Shown one piece after another: positions 1-7,734 of a DNA stretch of 56,045 bases. The stretch is from contig JBIJBT010000006.1 of the NCBI GenBank assembly GCA_044345055.1, positions 1 through 56,045 of the forward strand, written 5' to 3'. Both the position numbers and the translations under genes were made by a program. This stretch comes from Bdellovibrionota bacterium. Lineage in GTDB: Bacteria; Bdellovibrionota_C; UBA2361; OMIW01. Under the pieces are notes generated by a model. It worked only from the letters and a program-made list of their open reading frames with translations, made no database searches and was not told where the DNA came from. The stretch's first letter is position 1; each line of letters opens with the position of its first letter.

Positions 1-410
1 CCTTGCCCCTTCTCCTGTTGGCGGGCTACCAGGGTAAGGTGATCGCCCTCCGACCTCCAGTCGTGGGCGAAGAGCGGAAGCAAGTCGCAGAGACTTATGA
101 CCGCTGGATAGCGAAAGCCAACGGCTCTGAATGGGAAGCTTTTCGGGGAAAGCTCAATGCTCCGGGGCTTTATGGTGGAGGAGGGTGTTGTCCGCAACAC
201 CCCAACTTCGCCGCTCGGCTCTTTCAAGGAGCTGCAGCCTCCAATATCGCGTTGGAGGACTTTTCAGTGCCCCAGAACTGGGTCATCTGGAACCGGCCGG
301 GTGCCGTCGACCGCGTTTTCCACACGGAAGGCGCGCTACAAAAATGGCAAGCCTGGGGCATGCCGGTTTTCGATAGCCTCGAGGACTCGCTCGCGGCTCT
401 GGGTTTGTAA
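1..410 (+). CDS. Hypothetical protein, 5'-truncated by the window edge
   Basis: Frame is open from the window start to TAA at 408-410, with GC-rich third codon positions and a terminator-like hairpin directly after; no recognisable motif. Confidence 0.55.
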   Translation, partial: LPLLLLAGYQGKVIALRPPVVGEERKQVAETYDRWIAKANGSEWEAFRGKLNAPGLYGGGGCCPQHPNFAARLFQGAAASNIALEDFSVPQNWVIWNRPGAVDRVFHTEGALQKWQAWGMPVFDSLEDSLAALGL

Positions 411-424
411 CCCCGGTTTTCCCA

Positions 425-468
425 CCCCCTGCTCCCGCTTCGGCCGGACCAGGGGGTTCCCTTTTCTT
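425..468 (+). terminator. Rho-independent terminator
   Basis: CCCCCTG-CTCCCGC-TTCG-GCCGGAC-CAGGGGG stem-loop with a cUUCGg tetraloop, followed by TTCCCTTTTCTT, just after the stop at 410. Confidence 0.7.
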
Positions 469-707
469 GCTCTCCTTCCTCTCCCTCACCCCTTCAAATG
501 CACATTCATGGCATCCACCAATGAGGGCTGCGTTTTTTAAAATCGACTATGGCGACCCCAAGCTCCTACACTCCATACCCCGCTATGCCTCTAAGATAAA
601 GAGATCCCGATCTGGTATTTCCACCCACCCCACCCACCAAATCCCCCATTGCCCCATCCCCCCAAGTCGCATATCCTTACTTCGCATTTTCCTAGAAAAT
701 CCGAAGT

Positions 708-1937
708 ATGATTCCGCGACAAGTTAACATATCGAAAGTATTGGGCAAAACATCCTCGGGGCTTCTTTTGGGGGCGCGGGGGTTGGGGAAAACTCAGCTT
801 TCTCAGGAGTGGGTGGCGTCCCAACCTGAATCTTTTACGTACGATCTCCTCGATCCAACTGAGTTCAAGAGATTGCTCACTGACCCCTCGCAGGTGATCC
901 GTGAAGTTGAGAGCAGGCTCTCCAGCTGCAAGGGGTCGGCAGTTTTGTCGGTGTTGATTGATGAGGTCCAGAGGATTCCGGAGCTGCTTGACGTCTGCCA
1001 TCTTCTTATCGAGAAACACAAAAAAAGAGTCAGGTTCCTCCTAACTGGATCAAGCGCACGAAAATTAAAAACTACAGGATCTAACCTTCTTGCATCACGC
1101 GCTCTCTCGATGCGGTTGCACCCATTTACCTATTGCGAAATAAAAGATAGCGATTTCGATCTCCTCACCGTCCTTCAATTCGGCACGGTGCCAGCGATTT
1201 ATTCAGCAGAAAACAGGGGAATTGCGCTGCGGTCTTATGTTGATACCTATCTGAAGGAGGAGATCCAACAGGAGGTTTTGGTACAGCGACTAGATAAATT
1301 TTTTACCTTTATCGACGTTGCAGCTCAGCTGAATGGTGAGGTAGTCAATTTCAAAAAAATGGCACGTCGGATCGCGGTTTCCGACAAGACGATTAGTTAC
1401 TACTTTCAGATTCTGATCGATACGTTGCTCGTCATAAAACTGCCGGGGTGGGAGCGATCGGCAAAGAAGCAGATTATAAAGAGCCCAAAATTTTTCTTCT
1501 TTGATACCGGTGTGCTTAATGCTGCTGCTCGTGAGCTCAATCTTCCTCTTGAGGTAGGCTCCCCCCGATTTGGAAGATTGTTTGAACAGTTTGTGATTAA
1601 CGAATTCTATCGGGCTAACGATTATAATTCGCTCGACTATGCGCTCTCATTTTATAGCACTGGAAGTGCTGAGGTGGATCTTGTGCTTTCAAGAGGACGG
1701 CTCGAGCCGCCGAAGGCTGTCGAGATTAAGTCTAATCCAATGGTTTATCGTGAGGATCTCGCAGGTCTGGAACTTTTTTCACGGGAGTATCCGGAGGCCG
1801 AATTGTACTGTGTATCTACGAACTCAAAACCTTATACCGTTAGTCTCCTAACGGGGAAGGAGGTTCTTGTGGTGCCGTTTCAGGAGGCGATTGCGCGGGT
1901 GTTTGAGGGGAACAGGTTAGGGTTGTTAAAGGTGTGA
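708..1937 (+). CDS. AAA+ ATPase (AAA_14) with DUF4143 and a C-terminal PD-(D/E)xK-like region
   Basis: Walker A GARGLGKT, Walker B VLIDEVQR, LLTGSSA, PKFFFFDTG, GRLFEQFV and EVDLVL...AVEIKS. Confidence 0.85.
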   Translation: MIPRQVNISKVLGKTSSGLLLGARGLGKTQLSQEWVASQPESFTYDLLDPTEFKRLLTDPSQVIREVESRLSSCKGSAVLSVLIDEVQRIPELLDVCHLLIEKHKKRVRFLLTGSSARKLKTTGSNLLASRALSMRLHPFTYCEIKDSDFDLLTVLQFGTVPAIYSAENRGIALRSYVDTYLKEEIQQEVLVQRLDKFFTFIDVAAQLNGEVVNFKKMARRIAVSDKTISYYFQILIDTLLVIKLPGWERSAKKQIIKSPKFFFFDTGVLNAAARELNLPLEVGSPRFGRLFEQFVINEFYRANDYNSLDYALSFYSTGSAEVDLVLSRGRLEPPKAVEIKSNPMVYREDLAGLELFSREYPEAELYCVSTNSKPYTVSLLTGKEVLVVPFQEAIARVFEGNRLGLLKV

Positions 1938-2172
1938 TTACAATAATGTCCCTGTACAGAGGAAAATTATATCACAAATTTGCGAATTTAGAGAGAGATG
2001 TTAATTGGGTTAATTGGCTCTTTAAGGAGACGGTCGCTCCGAACATCGCGCTTGGGTGGTTCCCCCGAAGCCACAATTTACCCCTAGAACCACCCCCTCT
2101 CAGCAGAGTACGATACTCAAAGGGTCCTCGGCTGTTTGGGCCGGAATACCACGTTCAAAAAAGGGGGTTTCG

Positions 2173-3903
2173 ATGAGTAAGGCAACTGATAGCGAGAGCT
2201 TTCTTCGAGGGCTTTTTATCGGCGATGTTTCGCTTCAACGAATTTTGCCGATCGGGTCGTTGCCGAAAGAGAGAGAGGAAACCGTTGGGATGGTGTTGGA
2301 TTCGGTGCGGCGATTTCTTGCGGAGCACGGCGAGTCGTATCGCTGCTTCGATGTTGAGGGAGCTCAGCCGGACGAGTATATCGCGGAGCTTGCTGAATTA
2401 GGTTTATTTGGACTCGTTATTCCAGAGGAATATGGTGGTTTTGGGTGTAGTGCCCGTGAGTATGCGCGAGTTCTTGAAGAGGTTTCTCGAGTTGATGCTT
2501 CAACCTCGCTGACTCTTGGTGCGCACTCATCGATCGGTATGAAGGGCATTTTGCTATTTGGATCAGATGATCAAAAGGCTCGGTATTTGCCGCGGCTTGC
2601 GACAGGTGAATTTCGTGCGGCGTTCTGTCTTACTGAGGCGGGAAGTGGTTCTGATGCAGCCTCAATTTCAACAAAGGCGCAGCGACAATCGGATGGCTCG
2701 TGGTTGCTTACCGGTGAGAAGATCTGGATTACGAACGGGTCATTCGCTGAGGTTTTCACGGTGTTTGCGCGAACTGGAGATGGTGAAGGAGAGATTACGG
2801 CATTTATTGTTGAACGAAGTTTTGGCGGGGTGAGCTCTGGGCCTAAAGAGGACAAGATGGGGATTCGCGCCTCCGCGACCTGTTCGGTGCGATTTGATGC
2901 TGTTAGGGTTCCGCCAGAGAATGTCCTTGGGGCTCCGGGAGGGGGATTTAAGATCGCGATGGCGATACTAAATAATGGAAGAACAGGACTTGGTGGAGGA
3001 TGTGTCGGGGCGATGAAGCGATGTATTGAGCTTGCCACCGCTCATGCAAATCAACGAAAACAGTTCGGACAGCCTCTTTCATCGTTTGGATTAATTCAGG
3101 ATAAAATCGCTCAAATGACCGCTCTCTGCTACGCGACTGAGGCGGTGGTGCAAAGAGTAGCGACCCTTATCGATTCAGGATCGGAGGATTTTTCTCTTGA
3201 AGCGGCTGTTAGCAAGGTATTCGGCACTGAGGCGCTATGGCGTGTTGCTGACGAGGCGTTGCAGATCGCAGGTGGTAATGGCTTCATGCGTGAGTATCCC
3301 TTTGAGCGAATCGTGCGGGATTCGCGAATAAACAGGATCTTCGAGGGAACCAATGAAATCCTTAGGCTCTATATCGGATTGTCCGGAGCAAAAGAGGCGG
3401 GGAAATATCTTGAGCGACTTGGGCAGGGAGTTGGCTCTATTCTCTCGGAACCAAGTGCTGCGGTCATGGCGATGGGAGATTACGCTGCAAAACGGATAGT
3501 AGAATATCTTCCCCAGGTAGCGCAGGGTGGGGTGCTTGAGGAGGGAGAGCTTGCACCGTTATTTAGAATTCTTACCAAATATTCGGCGGCGTTTGCGCAT
3601 AGTCTCGATGGTGCCGTTCGTCTTCATAGACGAAAGATCGCTGAAGAACAGCTTACGGTAAAGCGTCTCGCCGATTGTGCAATTGATCTATATGTGGGGT
3701 GGTGTGTATTGGTGAGAGTTGCGCATGAGAGGTCTATAGGTGCGCTTGCCTCGGCAGAAGCTACCGCTCTTGCAACGTGGATTATTCACGATCTGAAACG
3801 GCGAGTTAATCAAAATATTCGCCGCCTAACCACCAATGAGGATGGCGAAACTGCAAAGATAGCTGCTGCGGTGATTGCCCGAGGAGGATATCTCTGGGGT
3901 TGA
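2173..3903 (+). CDS. Acyl-CoA dehydrogenase (long ACAD9/VLCAD-like form)
   Basis: AFCLTEAGSGSD, GEKIWITNG, KMGIRAS, RKQFG, QIAGGNGFM and RIFEGTNEI; ATG at 2173 follows an AAGGGGG RBS. Confidence 0.92.
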   Translation: MSKATDSESFLRGLFIGDVSLQRILPIGSLPKEREETVGMVLDSVRRFLAEHGESYRCFDVEGAQPDEYIAELAELGLFGLVIPEEYGGFGCSAREYARVLEEVSRVDASTSLTLGAHSSIGMKGILLFGSDDQKARYLPRLATGEFRAAFCLTEAGSGSDAASISTKAQRQSDGSWLLTGEKIWITNGSFAEVFTVFARTGDGEGEITAFIVERSFGGVSSGPKEDKMGIRASATCSVRFDAVRVPPENVLGAPGGGFKIAMAILNNGRTGLGGGCVGAMKRCIELATAHANQRKQFGQPLSSFGLIQDKIAQMTALCYATEAVVQRVATLIDSGSEDFSLEAAVSKVFGTEALWRVADEALQIAGGNGFMREYPFERIVRDSRINRIFEGTNEILRLYIGLSGAKEAGKYLERLGQGVGSILSEPSAAVMAMGDYAAKRIVEYLPQVAQGGVLEEGELAPLFRILTKYSAAFAHSLDGAVRLHRRKIAEEQLTVKRLADCAIDLYVGWCVLVRVAHERSIGALASAEATALATWIIHDLKRRVNQNIRRLTTNEDGETAKIAAAVIARGGYLWG

Positions 3904-3950
3904 GAGCTTGTAACGGAGAAAATATTCCTGCCGAGAGTTCCGCTGCTTTT

Positions 3951-6086
3951 TTAAGCTGCCTGTCCAGATGATTTTGCGGCGGCCTCTTTTTTCTTTTTCT
4001 CCTCCTCTTTTTTGAGGCGGGTGTAGTCAAGGTAGCTTAGATTTGCCTGAATGTTGTCAGTATTGCTGTAAACGTAGGCGAGGAAAAACTCAGTTATTGT
4101 GGCTTTGCGGTAAGCGAGCTCCTCTGCGAGGCGCAGAACTAGCGCGGTGCGGGTTTTGTTTTCATTTTCAAAAGCTTCCCACCATTTACGCGCGCTTCCC
4201 GTTGTATTTTCCCAATCAAGCTTTCCTTTTACCTCAGCAAGTTTGTTGTTTATCTGATCTTCGGTCCATCCAGAAGTGTTAGTTACCCCTGGAGATGGGC
4301 CAACGGGAGTGCTTTGACCCTCAGCAGGAGGTGCATCGGGAAGCTTTTCTTCGTAGGGGATCGGTTCGGTCCGCAGCTTCAGATCGGAAGCTTCTTCGTC
4401 GAACTCCTTGATTCGGCTATAAACGAGCTTGTCTTTGTAGATTGGAACCAAATAACCCTGAAAAACCGGTGTATTCGGCATGAAGAATGTGTTGATATTA
4501 TCGGTTGGTCGCCCGATTTCATCTGGAGTTAGTACGGGGCGTTGTTGTACCTGCTCTTGCGAGCCGTCATTTTTGCTGGCAAAAAATTCGGTGAGCTTTT
4601 TGTTGCTTCCCTTTGAGCTAGTTTTGAACCGAATCGTCATCTGACCCGATTCCTTTGAGCCCCACTCTGAGTCGACAAGGTCAAGGGGGGGCATCAGTAT
4701 TTTAGTTGAAAAACCGGCAAGCACAGAATCTGCATCATCGGCGTAATTTGCTTTAATCTGGGCGGTAGACTGTATGGCTGCGCAGATACTGACGTTACGG
4801 GAGCGAAGGGTATTAAGCTTTACATGAATATCGGGCAGCCGCCCGAGCGCACTCGCGAATTCGTCGATGACGAGCCCTACGGGTCGGGGGAGGGTGAGGC
4901 CAGGGCACTGCTCGGCCCGTTTGGTAAGGAAGCGAAGCAGCTCCACCACGATAACGTTCGCCATCGGGCGCAACATCTCGAGCTCTGATTCGCGCAATTC
5001 AACAACAAAGAGAGTTGGTTTCTGAATTAAGGTTTCGAGATCAAGCTCAGGTAGTGCGGTTGTTGCCCGAATTGCCGAGAGGTCCCACGCTGAGAGACGC
5101 ATACTCAGTTCCGACATTATAGTGTCAGCGTTCTGTGAACCTGCGCGAACTAATTCGATAAAGGTGCGTGTGTTTCGGTACGCATGAGGGTGAGATTCAA
5201 GCCAGTTACAGAGCGGTTTAACACCTGACTGCACCAATTCATGCACACGAGGCATCGAGAGAGTATCGTTTGGATCGTGCAGCAATCCCACCATTATGGC
5301 GTTCAAAATCGCGAGTGCGTTATTTCGAAAGAATGGGCTATCTGATTTTGAACCCGGCTGATCGGTCGCCATCACTACTGTGTTGGCGATAAGTTTTGCA
5401 TCGGTATCGTCCTCAACTTTCGCGAGAATATTCCAACTTAAGCTTCGCGCTCTATCGAGTGGATTAAAAAGAAAAATCTCTTTGTCGGGATTGTACTTTC
5501 GGGTCATCCCAGCAAGTTTACGCCACATCTCTGGTTTTGAGTCGATCACTATTGTTGAGCGATCGGGGCAAAGGGCATCGCTGTAGAGCATCGGCAAGAT
5601 CATCTTGGTGGTTTTACCACCCCCTGTTTTTGAGATGATCAAAACGTGACGGTTACGCTTTTCTCTCGCGATAATCAATTCGCCAGTTGGCAGTGCAACG
5701 CCCTGCGCACCCCGAAGACCATCCACTTTGAGTTTAGTATCCCCCTTTTCGCCGGATGGGCGGGTCCATTCGAGAATTTGCTCATTTGTCGCAAGATCCC
5801 CCGATCCGAGTTCGTTATTTTTAGATCGTTTCGGGCGACGTCCCGCTGAGGAAAAATTACGGCTGACGGTGGCAACCGGAGAAGTTACGATATCCCAAAG
5901 AAGTCGGAGCCCACGTTTGTCCTTGGTGGCGCAATAGAGCGCGGAGGCCATATAAACGAAAAAAGCAAATAGTATAGTTTCAAGAAGCACCGATCGGACC
6001 GCCGCGGGGCCAAGGAGCGTCTCGAAGATGAACTCGATCTGAGGTATTGGAAGCTCTGGTAAACCGCTCGTTTCCATAAAGCTCAA
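3951..6086 (-). CDS. VirD4/TraG-TraD family type IV coupling protein-like ATPase with an extra C-terminal domain
   Basis: N-terminal hydrophobic segment, HVLIISKTGGGKTT (Walker A), IVIDSKPE, FNPLD...SWNIL, FFRNNA (all-alpha domain), LVIDEFAS (Walker B), AAIQSTAQIKANY and RPVLTPDEI. Confidence 0.85.
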   Translation of the reverse strand: MSFMETSGLPELPIPQIEFIFETLLGPAAVRSVLLETILFAFFVYMASALYCATKDKRGLRLLWDIVTSPVATVSRNFSSAGRRPKRSKNNELGSGDLATNEQILEWTRPSGEKGDTKLKVDGLRGAQGVALPTGELIIAREKRNRHVLIISKTGGGKTTKMILPMLYSDALCPDRSTIVIDSKPEMWRKLAGMTRKYNPDKEIFLFNPLDRARSLSWNILAKVEDDTDAKLIANTVVMATDQPGSKSDSPFFRNNALAILNAIMVGLLHDPNDTLSMPRVHELVQSGVKPLCNWLESHPHAYRNTRTFIELVRAGSQNADTIMSELSMRLSAWDLSAIRATTALPELDLETLIQKPTLFVVELRESELEMLRPMANVIVVELLRFLTKRAEQCPGLTLPRPVGLVIDEFASALGRLPDIHVKLNTLRSRNVSICAAIQSTAQIKANYADDADSVLAGFSTKILMPPLDLVDSEWGSKESGQMTIRFKTSSKGSNKKLTEFFASKNDGSQEQVQQRPVLTPDEIGRPTDNINTFFMPNTPVFQGYLVPIYKDKLVYSRIKEFDEEASDLKLRTEPIPYEEKLPDAPPAEGQSTPVGPSPGVTNTSGWTEDQINNKLAEVKGKLDWENTTGSARKWWEAFENENKTRTALVLRLAEELAYRKATITEFFLAYVYSNTDNIQANLSYLDYTRLKKEEEKKKKEAAAKSSGQAA

Positions 6087-6478
6087 TTTTTGCTTCGTTA
6101 ATATCTTACTTATTCAAAATCTGACGGAGGATTTAATATTCTCTGGTAGAGAATCTAACTGGCTAATGGGATTTGCCCTCTAGTGGAGTAGTGACATCAA
6201 GGCGGTGAAAAATGATTCCGTCGTGAGCATTTTTCGGGACCTTGCTGCGTCAATCCGGTAAAGCCCTACTTGTCCACAAATCCCTCAAAGCCTCCCTGTA
6301 CAGATTATGCGATTCTCATCCCATCGTGTTGTGTATTCGGACCCAATCGTACCTACCTTGAGATAAAAGAGATAGTCCCCCCAGATTGAATCACTCGCCG
6401 CAAAGAAGGGGGGGTAGAGAGCGTTTACCAATATAGGTATACTCCCGCCTCTGAAACTATCCAGGAGCGGGGGACAGT

Positions 6479-7579
6479 ATGCATATCGCGATTGCGGGAA
6501 CACGGGGTATTCCAGCGGCTTATGGGGGCTTTGAGACCTTTGCACAGGAGCTGGCCCAGCTTCTCGTTGAACGCGGTCATCAGGTTACGGTTTTTGGCCG
6601 TCGTAAGTTCGGGGAGAGCCGTGAACCGACGAATCTTAACGGCATAGAGGTACGTTATTCACCTACGATATTTTCAAAACATCTGGAGACGCCTCTTGCA
6701 GCGATTACCTCGCTCGGTTCTGTGGGGCGGCTCGGGGTTGATGTGGTTTTGTTGTGTAACGCCGCAAATAGTCCATTTGCATGGCTGTGTCGTTTGGCGA
6801 GAGTCCCCGTTGCGATAAACGTGGATGGTATTGAGCGAAGGCGATCGAAGTGGGGACTCGCTGGGCGGCTCTGGTATCGGCTTGGGGAGCAGTGCTCGGT
6901 GTGGTTTGGTGATCGGGTCGTCGCTGATGCCGATGTAATTGCTTCGTATTATCGGGAGCGTTTCGGGGTTAGCCCCGTTTCAATAGCTTATGGGGCGAGA
7001 GTTGTGCGTCGGGAGGCGGGAGAAGTTCTTGCGCGGTTTGGTCTTAAATCTCGGGAATATCTTCTATATGTTAGCCGTTTTGAGCCGGAGAATAATGCTC
7101 TTGGGGTTGTTCAGGCATATCGTCAGAGTGGCATCAGCATTCCGCTGGTGATGGTTGGAGACGCTCCTTACGCCAAGAAATACATTGAGTCGGTACATCG
7201 CGCTGCGGGACCCTCGGTTATCTTCACTGGTTATCAATTTGGAGAGGCATATCAGGAGCTACAGTCTCATGCCTATGCCTACATTCAGGCGACCGAAGTT
7301 GGGGGGACTCATCCGGCTCTCGTAGAAGCGATGGCCTACGGCAATGCGATTATTGCTAACGATACGCCGGAGCACGTTGAGGTTCTTGCTGATGCTGGTT
7401 GGTATTATAATCGCAATGATTTCAATGATCTAAGCCAGAAATTTAAACAAATTGCTGGTGATCCTACTGTCCTTTTTACCCTGAGGGAATCGGCCGCACG
7501 CCGAGCCGCTACCCATTTTTCCTGGGAGAACGTGACGACTCAATACGAGAAATTTTTCGCTGAAATGATTGAAGATTAG
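6479..7579 (+). CDS. GT-B glycosyltransferase, family 4 (DUF1972/WchF-like)
   Basis: N-terminal IAIAGTRGIPAAYGGFETFA, YVSRFEPENN and EVGGTHPALVEAM. Confidence 0.88.
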   Translation: MHIAIAGTRGIPAAYGGFETFAQELAQLLVERGHQVTVFGRRKFGESREPTNLNGIEVRYSPTIFSKHLETPLAAITSLGSVGRLGVDVVLLCNAANSPFAWLCRLARVPVAINVDGIERRRSKWGLAGRLWYRLGEQCSVWFGDRVVADADVIASYYRERFGVSPVSIAYGARVVRREAGEVLARFGLKSREYLLYVSRFEPENNALGVVQAYRQSGISIPLVMVGDAPYAKKYIESVHRAAGPSVIFTGYQFGEAYQELQSHAYAYIQATEVGGTHPALVEAMAYGNAIIANDTPEHVEVLADAGWYYNRNDFNDLSQKFKQIAGDPTVLFTLRESAARRAATHFSWENVTTQYEKFFAEMIED

Positions 7580-7734
7580 CTCTTCGTGTGGTAATAAGCT
7601 GGCGTTCGAAAAGGTGGGGTCACCCCTTTTCTCAGGAGGTTTGAGGACGCTCAATGGTGTTTTTTATAAAAAGGTTTGAACCATATTGACCTCAGAAGGC
7701 GATTAGTGAGGGCAGTGATACTTGAGGATTAATT

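Noticed and set aside
2056..2172. N-terminal extension of the acyl-CoA dehydrogenase and the overlapping 1934..2176 ORF
   Set aside because: A good RBS precedes ATG 2173, and the upstream frames have no motifs.
3951..6086. Integrative conjugative element around the T4CP
   Set aside because: No integrase, relaxase, VirB4, att-like repeats or tRNA target was recognised in the window.
6271..6279. DnaA-box-like TTGTCCACA suggesting oriC
   Set aside because: It is a single imperfect box with no cluster and no dnaA/dnaN/gidA context.
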